From Lama guanicoe (Eukaryota), in NCBI GenBank assembly GCA_013239625.1, contig MU053881.1, positions 16,670,373 through 16,734,372 of the forward strand: a stretch of 64,000 bases of DNA, written 5' to 3'. Below are positions 50,201-61,250 of this stretch, one piece after another. The stretch's first letter is position 1. Every line of letters begins with the position of its first letter. A program made the position numbers and the translations under genes. Under the pieces are notes generated by a model. The model searched no databases and was not told the origin of the DNA. It saw only the letters and a program-made list of their open reading frames with translations.

Positions 50201-52030
50201 AGTGAAAAATATTCTGAAAAAGAAATCTCTAGGCTCAAATATGAATTCTACCAAATAAAATACAAACTAAACAATTTATAATAGCTTAAAAAAATGAAAT
50301 ACTGAGGTACAAATCTAACAAAAAATGTACAAGGTAAAAACTATAAAATGCTGATGAAAGAATCAAAGGTGACGTAAATATACAGCGAGACATATGGCAC
50401 TCATGGATTGTGAGAATTAATAGACCAAAGACATAAAATCCCCAAACTGATTAACAGAGTGATTTAACACAATGTCAATCAAAATCCCACACAGCTGATT
50501 CTAAAATTCTATATAAAGGAACTAAACAGCCAAAACAATTTTGAAAAAAAAAGAATGTTGGGGGAATCACATTGTTTGATTTTCAGATTTAACTGTAAAG
50601 TTACAGTTATCAAGACACTGTGACATTGGTGAAGGAACAGATACACAGATCAATGGAAAAGAAGAGAGTCCAGAAATAGATTTGCACAATATGGCCAATT
50701 GATTTTTGACAAAAATGCAAAAGCAATTCAATGGAGAAAGAATAATCTTTTCAAAAATGATGTTAGAACAAATGAAAAAAATTGTTTGATGTGCAAAAAT
50801 CTGATATAAGCCTCATAGCTTACATAAAATTTAAACTTGGGGGGGGTTAGGTACAGCTCTGTGGTAGAGTGCATGCTTAACATGCACAAGGTCCTGGGTT
50901 CAATCCCCAGTACCTCCATTAAAAGAAAAGAAAATTTAAACTCAAAATTAATCATAGATCTAAATGTAAAACCACAAAACTGTCAGAAGAAAATTTAGGA
51001 GAAAATCTATGGGATCTTAGGTTTGACAGTGAGTTCTCAGATATGGCACCAAAAGCATAATCAACTTTAAAAATTGCTATCTGGACCTTCTGAAAATTAA
51101 AAACTTTTGCTCTGTGAAAGACAATGTCAAGAGAATGAAAAGACAAGTGACAAACTAGAAGAAAATATTTGCCAGTCACATATCTGACAAAAGCCTTTAT
51201 CCAGAATATATAAAGAACTTTCAAAACTCAACAATCAGAAAACAAACAACTCAACTTAAAAATGATCAAAAGACGTGAAAAGATACTTCTCCAAAGAGGA
51301 TATGTGGATAACAAAGAAGCACATAAAAAGATGCTCAACATCATTAATCATTAGGGAAGTGCAAATTACAGCCATAAGATACCTATTAGAATGGCAAAAA
51401 TACAAACGTTGATCAACGATGTGGAGCAACTAGAACTCTCACCCACTGCTGGAGAAAATGCAAAAATGTTACAGCCACCCTAGAGAAGAGTTTGGCAGTT
51501 TCTTGTAAAGTTAAACATACACTTACCTGACCAGCAACCCCACTGGGTATCTGCCCTAGAGAAATGAAAACTTCTGTCCACACACAAACCTACACACAAA
51601 ATGTTTACAGTGGCTCCGTTCACAGTGGCCAGACGCTGGAAACAACCCAAATGTCCTCTGATGGGTGAATGGATAAACAAACTGTGGTTTGGAAGATAAA
51701 ATAAACAAATATAGGAAGAAATAAACTTTTGATAAACAGAGCAACTTAGATGAATCTCAAAGGCACTATTACACTGAATGAAAGAAGCCAGACTCACACC
51801 ATCACACACTGTATGATTCCATTTATACGACAATTTCAGAAAGACAAGACCATAGTGATGGAGACCAGATCAGCAGTGGCCAGGGGCTGGGAACAGGCAG
51901 CAGGGCGTGACTACAAAGGGGCAGCTGGTGGGAGGTTTTTTGAGGTAATGGAGATGTTGTATGTCCTGGTTATGAATAACGGCTACACGAATCTGTGCAT
52001 ATGCTAAATAAAATTCATGGAAAATATGGT
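47300..52030 (+). mobile_element. L1M element in AP1M1 intron 5 (ORF1, partial ORF2, 3' UTR; antisense to gene)
   Basis: ORF1-like LDGLNSRME..ELE (47722..47970), ORF2 endonuclease/linker text 49000-50250, ORF2 C-terminus 50290-51250, 3' UTR to ~52030. Confidence 0.88.
50840..50935 (+). mobile_element. Vic-1-like SINE inserted in the L1
   Basis: SINE flanked by the target-site duplication aaaatttaaact. Confidence 0.85.
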
Positions 52031-52486
52031 CAATTTTCCCTCATAGTAACAACAAAAAAAAAACAAACCCCACAAACATACAAAAACAGTACAAATCAAA
52101 ACCCTCAAGCCCAAAAAAACAAGTTGCAGGAGAACATCTTATGCTCTCAGTTTTACAGAAAAACAACGTATGTTTGTGTATTTAGCATGAGGTCCAAAGA
52201 TAACAAGGTTTCTGATTATGGAGCCCTTCACTTTCTAACTTTACACACTGTTTTTTTTTTAAACAATGTGCATGTATTCATTCTAAATAAGAACAAAAAC
52301 TAATGAAGATAAAACAAGCTCGAGTTGCAGGGAGCGACCCTGACTAAACCCCGCTGATTTGCCTGCGATCACACAGAAAGTGACTTTCTCAGGGATTTGC
52401 TAGTTGTAAAGTCAAGCTGCTTTTATTTCCAATCATGGGAAAGACAACATTTTTCAAAAAAAGGGAAAGTAAAAAAGGAAGCCTAC

Positions 52487-52634
52487 CAGGAGGTTGACGG
52501 ACTCGATGACGTCCAAGAACACCTCGTTCTTCCGGTACTTGATGCCCTCGGAGCGCCAGGACACTGCGTTGGTGACGGTGGCTGGGGGCCGGGGGGCCCC
52601 TGTCTCCAGCTTGTGGCCTTCCTGAGTGATGTAC
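52487..52634 (-). CDS. AP1M1: AP1M1 exon 5 (YITQEGHKLETGAPRPPATVTNAVSWRSEGIKYRKNEVFLDVIESVNLL)
   Basis: Contains the mu-adaptin signature VSWRSEGIKYRKNEVFLDVIE; CAG|G and CTG|GTAGGC; 148 nt. Confidence 0.98.
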
Positions 52635-52674
52635 CTGTGGGCCCAGGCTCAGAGTTAAGAAGCTCAGAGGGTTT

Positions 52675-52770
52675 TGGGTGGGTATAGCTCAGTGGCAGAG
52701 TGCATGCTTAGCATGCATGAGGTCCCGGGTTCAATCCCCAGGACCTGTGTTTTTAAAAAAAAAAAAAAGT
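52675..52770 (+). mobile_element. Vic-1-like SINE in intron 4, about 40 nt from the exon 5 acceptor
   Basis: gggtatagctcagtggcagagtgcatgcttagcatgcatgaggtcccgggttcaatcccc plus A-tail. Confidence 0.88.
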
Positions 52771-53547
52771 TCAGGCACTGACATTGTTGAAAACAGCCCC
52801 TCCCTGTAAGCAGGGTCCAGAAAGCAGGGTCTGGTTTCACCTGGGGCTGCAAATTTAACACGAGAATATCTTACGATTTCCAAAAACCCCAATAAACTCT
52901 TCAGTTACAATGAGTGCAGTGTTCACTTTTAGGGGGCCAAGGAGACAGGTGTGAACAAGAAGTGGGAACAAACCACTCCCCTGCCGGGTGTGCAGAGGGC
53001 ACGGACCGCCTGGGAGAGTAACATAGTGACCCGGTCCCACTTGGGAAACAACAGGTGTGAGATGTGGGCAAGTCACGTGGCTTCTCTGAGTGTCCCTTTG
53101 CTTCCCTGTCAAATGGGGAAACAGCACCTCTGATGGTGAATGGAGTGAAAAAAAAGGGTGCTCGCCCAGGGCCTGGCTCACAGGAAACGCTTAATCCACA
53201 GTGGCCATGATTTTAAGGACAGGACCCGACTGAAGGGAGATTTTCCACCACAGCCTCATTTGTGGTGGTAAAAACAAAGGCAGGTGACTCCCTAACAACA
53301 AGGCACCTGGTGCACCTCTGTGGCTGGAGAATGACTTTGCAACAGGAAAAACACTCCTGCTATGCAGGGATGCTGAGTGGAAAAAGGACCTGCAAGTGCC
53401 CCAATGACTTAGTAAACTCCTGGTGCGGCTGCAGAGAGGGCGGGAGGGGGTGGCCAACAACGTGAATATACATTTGCTTCCTCCGCCTCCAAGGCTGCCG
53501 ACATCATGCTGTGACGTCACCCAGGCCTGGCCCCGCGCCCCACTCAC

Positions 53548-53678
53548 TCCTGCAGGATCTTGCTGTCGGTGGTCTGGGGGTAGCCGAAGTCCATGAGCTC
53601 ATCCAGTAGCTCGTAGATGATGACGAAATTGTCTCGGATGCTCTCCTCCTCCAGCTCCTTGAAGTACTCTGAAAACAC
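53548..53678 (-). CDS. AP1M1: AP1M1 exon 4 (VFSEYFKELEEESIRDNFVIIYELLDELMDFGYPQTTDSKILQE)
   Basis: Longin-domain motif in ORF 53544..53798; CAG|GTG and GA|GTGAGT; 131 nt. Confidence 0.98.
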
Positions 53679-55365
53679 CTGCGGCGTTGGAGCGGGAGGC
53701 AGGTGGTTGAGAGGAGGATGAGGGAGGGAGGACCGCTCACCCCAGTGCATTTGCCCTTCATGGCCCGAGGCCTTTGGCAACAGCCCCTTTGTCCACAAGC
53801 TGCATTTGTCTGTTTTCCAGAAGAGCTACGGGGACGAGGGCAGGAGGACAGCAGTGGCTGCCTGTGAGGCGGGAACCCGGCCGGGGTGGCGCAGGCGTCC
53901 TCTGAGGCCTGGTCAGAAGCCCTGAGTTCCCACTCTTGCGGGCCCACCCTCCTCCCCTCCCTGACACGCACCCCCAGGCCTGGGCCCCCTTCCGAGCTTC
54001 TCCTTAATCCTGTCACTATCACCCTTGGCCTCTGAGTTGTGAGTGACTCGGGTGAGGCACAAGAGCCACTGGGGACAGGACAAGTGGCTCTTACGGCCTC
54101 CCTGAACTCCAGTCTGTACAGTTGTGTTTGCAGACAAATCTTCCCCATTTCAACAGAAAATTAAGAGGACCAAAGCAGGGACGCCCAAGGGGACAAGGAG
54201 AAGGGGACTTGGGAAGAGCTCTCATTAGCCCAGACACCAAGGTGGAAAGCAAAATGGCAAACTACCAGGGAGGAGAACCTTCCTCCCTCCCACCTCCCAT
54301 CCCCACGCTCCAGGACTGCGAGCGCTGGGCCACTCCCCTGAGATCCCAGGCAGCGCAGCCCTGCCTCCAGCTTGGGAATGAAGGCTGCTCCCCAGCCGGG
54401 AATGAGGCCTGCAGCTGGGCCTCCCCAGGGGATGCGCTGCTCCCCCGGCCCCTCGTCCTCACAGCTCACACCAGCCAGTTCCCCAGCGTTTGGCGTAGGT
54501 GGCTCCTAAGCTAGCTGCACAGGGCACTGCCTGAAGGATGACAGCTATCCTGGGCCCACCGCAGGCCTCCTGGGTCTGACCATCTGCTTTCTTTGACTCC
54601 GGCCCCTACTTCCGCCAAGCCCCTCCGTGTCTCTCCCAGAAGCCCGCAGCAACCTCCTCACTGCCTCTCAGCTGCTTTCAAGTTCTTTCTCTCCTCAGCA
54701 GCTGGAGATGATCTTAACTCAAATCAGGTCTTATCAGACTCCTGCTTCTCCACCATCTCGCATCAGACTTGTAACGACATCAACTCCTCACTAGGCCCTG
54801 TGCACTCCCCATGCCGCGGTCCAGCCCTGCCACTTTGGTGACCTCAGCCCCACAGTCTGTCCTGGGAACACTGGGCACCACATGCCCTCCCACCCCAGGG
54901 CCTTTGCATGTGCCACTCTCTGCCTCCCCATCTCACTGTCAGCCTGGGCCTGGCATGTGTCACCTCTTTCCATGGTGGGACCTTGGGTCTCTGTGCCATT
55001 AGGGCTCCCGGGGAGATTCTAAGCAGAACTTGGCTCCGCCCTCCTCCTGGTTATCCCACCTCCCTAATCCCTGACTCAGCAGGTCACCCTCCACCCTTCC
55101 ACAGCCAGCTGGGGGGGCATACCTGTCCCTCCTGGAATCAGGGCGCACCCCTGGCCTGAGCCCCACCTCCTGTTCACCTTCCTCACCAGGCAGAGGGGCA
55201 ACTAAGGGCACCTCATGGAGCAGGTGGAGCTCCCCTGCCCCACATCCTGCAGTTCTAGGTCCAGAGCTCCCAAGGGATGCTGCAGCCCTCAGGTGGCCGG
55301 TACGGGGAGGCACGTGACAGAGCCAGGGTAACTGATACCCATGTGACCCCTGTGGCTCGACTCAC

Positions 55366-55433
55366 CTGCACCACCTTGTAGAGGAAGGAGAAGACCAGCG
55401 ACACACATGCGTTCTTCTTGGAGGTGGCGACCA
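55366..55433 (-). CDS. AP1M1: AP1M1 exon 3 (LVATSKKNACVSLVFSFLYKVVQ)
   Basis: Acceptor GCAG|TG preceded by TCCTTAAC; donor CAG|GTGAGT; 68 nt. Confidence 0.96.
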
Positions 55434-57879
55434 CTGCACGGTGGCCACGGTTAAGGAGGATTCAGAGGCTTGTCGACCACATGTTTTGGAGAGACCCCTG
55501 CCCCGGCCCTGGGCTCGGAGCCACCCCTAGTCATTGACTCGGCCCTCAGTGGGGTCTGAGCTCCTGGTCTGAGCCTGCCTGGGAAACAGCAGTTACAGCC
55601 AGACGAGGTCCGGGCCCTCAGGGTGGCTCAGCTGACAGAGGGGCAGCAGAGGGCACAGGGAGCCCACCCTGGCTGCTGGGAAGGGGGGCTGCCCTGAGGA
55701 GGTGATGGCTGAGCTGAGGGCTGAAGCCCGGGGTGTGGTGGAGGGCACTGCAGGTGGGGTGAATGGCCCGAGGTGGGAGGAGGTAGCGGGGCTCATCCCG
55801 GGAATGGAAAACAGGCGCTCAGTCGGCCCCTCTCCAGAGCCCGCTGCTTCCATGACCCTCCTGAGGTCCAGGGTGCCCCAGCTGGGCTCCAAGGGAAGCA
55901 GTTAGGACCAGTTCTGGCTCTAGCCTTCACCTCTGAGGCAGCCCTTTTTAACAAAGACTGTTTTCTCACCTGTTTGACGGGGGCCTGAGAGTGGATTCAC
56001 CGAGGTGATACACGTAAAGCACCGGCACAAATTCTCCTTCTGATGGGGGCGTGCCCCTACCTCCCAGGGTCACTGTGTACCGGGCACCTCCTGTTCCTCC
56101 TCCCCTAAGGGGCTTCGGGCCCCCTGGGGAGGCCAGCTCCTCCACCGCAGGCCCGTGCACTGTGCCCTGGACGGCCCTGTTCACAGCAAGCCTGCACCAC
56201 TGTAGGGGCAGGTGAGGAGCTCCAGGAGGGAGAAGGGGGCCGCCTCTACCTCACTTCCTGCCTCATCCTGGTCCCGTGCAGGACCCCAGAAAAAGGAGCG
56301 CTGGCTTCTCACTTGCAGTCTGGGCAACGTGCCCTTCTGCTGCTTTCCAAAGAGGGGGAGCAGGCACCTCTGACCCTCATGGCTAGGTCTTGCTGGAAAC
56401 TGCTACCCAACGATGAACTAAGGCCGGAGGTGAGAGGATGTCCACCCAGGCAGGGTGTGCTGGGCAGTGGCACCCAGAGGGGCGAGCCCTTGCTGTCTCC
56501 TCCCTGGCTGCCCCAAAGAGAAACACTGGGGCCCAACTGGAAACTGGTCTGATGGCTCCTGCTGATCTCACTCAGCTGCCCCTCCCTCCTTTCCACTCCT
56601 GGACAACCACTGCCCAGACCCAGGGCAGCTTCCAAGACACTCAACTCCTGGGAGACAGGCCGTCCAAGATCCTCTGCAGGGTGCCCCCGAGGTATTCCAG
56701 ACAGAGGTGAATAAATAGAGGCGTGATGCAGGGAGTCAGGCCTCAAGGCGCTGGATGGGGGTCCCAGGCCAACACCTCCCTGGCTGTAATACACACACAA
56801 ATCACTAGAGAAGGCCTCGCTGAAATGTAGATTCTGACCTGGCAGGGCTGTGTGGAGCCTGGGGTTCTGCATTTCCAAAAGGCTATCTGGGATGCTCTGA
56901 CCTGTGGACCATACCTGCCCTAGCAAAGTCTTGTGTGTCTCCACAAACATGGGAAAGGGGACAGAACCCACGTCTACTGGGTGCAGTGCAGTTCAACTGG
57001 CCCCAACAGTCCTGCAGGGAGGGGTCACTGCTCTCACTGGACCCCGGGAAGGTGAGGACCTGCCTCCAGTCACACAGTAGTGGGAGCTTGAGTCTGAACA
57101 GGGCTGTGTGCTGCAAAGCCGGGCCCTTCCTGCAGCAGTGCGGGTGCCAGAATGTGCCTAGAGGGCTGACCAAAGGCAGAGGGTGGCCTGTCAGACCTCA
57201 CCGATGGAAACTGGCCCAGCCAGATCTCCACATGGGCCTGAGTGGAGGGGGCCCTGTGATCTGGATAGGGTTCTCTCTATCCCACCACCCATCATGGTCC
57301 AGGCCACCCCCCCACCCCCGCAACCTGGATGCTGACCCCAGCCTCCTCGCCCCTCCGCAGGTCCACTCCTGTTCCCTGAAGTCTGGCCTCCACTCAGCTG
57401 GTGACCTTTAGAGAATGCAAATCTGAATGTGTCACTCCTCTCCCTGAAACCCTCCAAAGGCTTCCCATCCCATTTAAGGTGATGTCCTATTAGGCCCCAC
57501 AGTATACACCCTGCTGGCCATCTGGGCCTTGCTCCCACCAGGCGCCCCTCTCCAGGGCTCCAGCCACCCCTGCTGCAGCTTCAGGATGAGACTTTGCCTG
57601 GGCCTAGCCTTCCTCATGCCAGTCCACTCTTGTGCCTAGTGGACACCTGGCCTTCCTGCAGATGTCACCTCCTCAAGGAAGCCTTCCTGGCTTGCCGGAC
57701 CAGATAAAGACTCCTGTCACACTTGTCATCCTCAGGCAGCAGGGCCAGGAAAACAGGACTGTGCCTGATGGCCCCCGCTGGGCCAGGCCAGGGCAGGGGC
57801 TGGCAGCTCAGTTGCACGTGTGTGTGTGCACGCACGCACACATACATGGCTAATCAGGAGTGCCCCCACAAAGGGATAC
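55434..57879 (-). other. AP1M1: AP1M1 intron 2, U12 (minor spliceosome) GT-AG type
   Basis: 5' splice site GTATCCCTT; branch TCCTTAAC at 55450-55457, ending 16 nt before the exon; no polypyrimidine tract. Confidence 0.85.
56795..56925. mobile_element. MER5-like relic
   Basis: aatcactagagaagg...aaatgtagattctg...tctgcatttcc...tgtggaccata. Confidence 0.6.
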
Positions 57880-58036
57880 GATACAGGTTGTTGTGCTTGA
57901 TCCACATGAAGCGGACACCCCCATGGGCCAGGATGGGCGACAGCATCCCCTCCTCCTCCTTCTCCATCAGGATGGGCATGAAGTGCTCCACCTCCGACAT
58001 GTCCACATCGCCGCGGTAATTCCGGCAGATGAGCAC
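57880..58036 (-). CDS. AP1M1: AP1M1 exon 2 (VLICRNYRGDVDMSEVEHF...IKHNNLY)
   Basis: Acceptor CCAG|GTG; donor C|GTATCCCTT (U12-like); 157 nt; within ORF 57854..58147. Confidence 0.97.
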
Positions 58037-58499
58037 CTGGGTGGATGCGGAAGAGGGAAGACCCTTTGATCTTGAGTTCCACGAGCTGGGTGCCTGGGGG
58101 TGGGGGTGAGACGCACCAGCCTCCTTCCCTCTGGGGACCCCAATCACACTTGTCCATCAAAGGACCATCTGATCTCTACCCCCAGGGAATCCCTCCAGGA
58201 AAGCATTTCCCAAAGCGAACTTCCACAGAGGCCAGCAGGACTCTCTGAAGGGGGAGTGGGGGGGCGGGACTATGAAGCAAGAGTCTAGGACCGAATCACT
58301 CAGGAGATGACAGATTAAACAGCATCCCACAGGCTCTCACTGCAGACCTTCTCAGAGCCTTTCCTGTGCTAAGGCCCCCTGTTCTTCTGTCTGGGTCAAG
58401 AGAGGGACACTGCTGAGTGTTCACATCTACGAGAATCCACCTGTGGCCTGGAGAGAAGCCATCCTCCGCCTCTCTCTCCTGGCCTGTGGCGCTGGAGGA

Positions 58500-59060
58500 G
58501 CGGTACCACTGCCAATGGAAACGTAAAAAGGGACAACCACTTTGGTAAAGTCTGGCAAGGCCTCAGACAGTGACACCCAGATTATGACCCAGCCAGTCCT
58601 CTCTCAGGTATTATTTACCCGAGAGAAGGGAAACCGTATACCCACATGAAGACTTGTACCCAGATGTTCACAGCAGCTTTATTTTAAATAGACTCGGGCT
58701 GGTGAGAATGCCAGTGTCCTTCAACAGGTAGACGGAGATGTCTCCATCCACACTGCGGAACACACCTCAGCTACGAGAAGGAACAATCCCTGACGCTGGC
58801 GACAGCACGAGGGAATCTTGGGATTACTGAGCCGAGTGAAAGAAACCAGACACAATCTGCATGATCCCACTTAAATAACATCCTGGGAAATGGTAACGGA
58901 AAACACCAGTGCCTGCCTGGGGATGGGCTGGACACAGACGGGTGTGAGGAAGCTACAGGGGGTGACAGAATGTGTGCTTCCCCTTTCCTGGGGATCCACA
59001 ATGACTGAACTCATCAAACTAAATGCTTTAAATGAGCATAAGTCTGTTACACGTAAGTTA
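58500..59060 (+). mobile_element. Old L1ME-like 3' fragment in intron 1
   Basis: tatgacccagc...gatgttcacagcagctttatt...gagtgaaagaaaccagacac. Confidence 0.65.
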
Positions 59061-59819
59061 TGCCTCCTGGAAGGAATACAAAGGGAGGTGTGAAGCTTGG
59101 CTGTCCTGAGTCAGGCTCAGTTTAGAGATGCTGCCTACAGCTGCTGCTGCTCTTCTGTGTCCGTGAGGCTGCAGGACTCAGTGACGTGCTAAGAATGACA
59201 CCACTGAGCTGAACAGCCTGGGAACTGCCTGCCTCAGAACCTGTAGGATCATAAAGTACATTATCTTATTGTTTCAAGCCAGAGAGAGAAAGCGATCGAA
59301 CAAGCAAGAGAGAGCCCTCCTTTCCTAGTTTCTTGTTTGTGGCCTACAAGCAAGGGACCCTGCACCCTTGCTGCTGTTCAGAAGGCCTCTTAGAGACCCA
59401 GCACCCAATGGGTGAGCTTGTGGGTAACTGGACCAGGCCCTGGCCCAGGGACTCCCACATACACTCTCATATATTCTTTGCCAGGAGTATATACTGCCTC
59501 ATACACTGCCCTCACCATGGGCTGATATTTTTAAAGAGGTGGACAGTAATGTCCGGAGAGGTGGTGCCACCTGCCTGAGGTCACACAGCGAACAAAGGGG
59601 AGCCAGGATTCTAACCCTACTTGTCACTCCCTGGAGGGCCACTTCTGCTCGATAAACATTGCTTTGCTTTCCTGGGCTTCCCAAGCCCACCTTCTACCTC
59701 AGGTATCCAATTTGGGGGGCTGCTGCTGGCATGGAGCCCCCAATCCCCCAGCGTGTTCAGAAAGAGCAGGGAGCAATTTGTTTCACTCACCTTCATCGCC
59801 AGGGCTGCACAGAAGCCCG

Positions 59820-61250
59820 CCTGCTCATTCAACAAGCACACACTGTGTGCCCCTCTACCGTACACCATGCTGGGCCTGGGGATATAGCAGTGTCCAAGAC
59901 AGGGTCCCTGTACTGAGATGTTTGCTTGGGGGGAAATGAGAGACCCTGCAAGGGTGTAAATTTCAAACTGAGGCCTGAGGGGACAGGTGGGACAGAGACA
60001 AAGAGACTAGTGTGGCCGAAGCCATGGGGTAGGGGGTGCAGGCCATAGGGAGACCTGGGAGCATCGGTTAGGTAGACCGAGGGCAGCCTCAGAGCTGGGG
60101 CTGCAGGCTGGACAGACTGGAGGGAGGCAGGCAACACTGATGTGACAATCCCCCACCCCTGCTGTTGATCTTGACCCCACAACTCCTACCTCACCACAAG
60201 TGAGAGGGGCCTTCTTAACCAGAAGTCAGATCAGGTCTCTCCCCTGCTGAAGCCACTGTCTACCCCAGACTCCCCTTGCACAGAACAAACTGCACGTCTG
60301 TCCCCATGGCCGTCTGGCTCTTCACAGTCCCTCCAATGCCTCTCCAGCTCTGCTCTCTGGGCTCACGCCATTCCAGGCATCCTGGCCAGCACCCTCGCTC
60401 TCTCTGAGAGATTAACATCTGCTCCTGCCTCAGGGCCTTGGCACCTGCAGTTCCCTCTGCCCATAATGCCCTGGCCTAGATCTTCTCGGTTCTTAAGCCT
60501 CAGCTCAGACGGCACTTCCTCCAAGAAGTCTTCCTTGCTCACCTTGGCTGAGAGATCACATCCTGTCCCTTTCTACTCCCAACCCCACCTCACCCTCACT
60601 GCCCACACCACCAGTGCATTCTACATTGGTAACCTCATTTACCATCTGCTGCTTCGACCAGTCTAATACTCCCTGAGAACAGTGACCTCTTCCATCTCTT
60701 TTATGGCTATGTCCCAGAACCCACAATGGAGCCTGGTCAGTAGGAGCTGCTGGGTAAATGTCTGTGCAGTGAACGTGCCGGTGAGAGAAAGGCGGCCAGA
60801 ATAATGCCCAGGTCTTCAACACAGACAGCTGCATACATGGCGGTGTCACTCACTGAGACGGAGAAAGAGAGCAGGGCTGAGGGGAGGCAGGAGCACATCT
60901 GCGGATATGCTGAGTCTGCAGTGGCTGTGAGACCTCCAGGGAGGCTAGCGGACATCTAGGTAAGTGCTCTGAACTACAGGACAAATTTGAAAGTCATTGG
61001 CACAGTAACCTACATCAAAGCCTGCCCTGAGGAGAGTGACGGTATGGAAGGTGGGCCAGGCCCGAGCACGAGGAGCCAACATCCAAGGGGAAGGCAGAAG
61101 AGGAGGTGTGGCAGTCAGTGAGTGAGAGAAACAGGGTGGGGACAGAATCAAAAGGGCAGCAACCTTGAGGCCAAGGGAAGGCTGGCGAGGAGGAGCGTGG
61201 TCATGGTGTCAGAAGCTGCAGAGAAGCAAGAGAGATAAGGGCAGAGAAAC
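59820..61250. mobile_element. L2 fragments (both orientations) in intron 1
   Basis: ctcattcaacaagcac...; cctcagggccttggcacctgcagttccctctgcc; ggatatgctgagtctg... Confidence 0.6.

Noticed and set aside
52635..52662. U12-like branch element (TTCTTAAC) before exon 5
   Set aside because: The intron 4 donor is GTGAGT (U2-type); CTTAAC also fits a U2 branch point.
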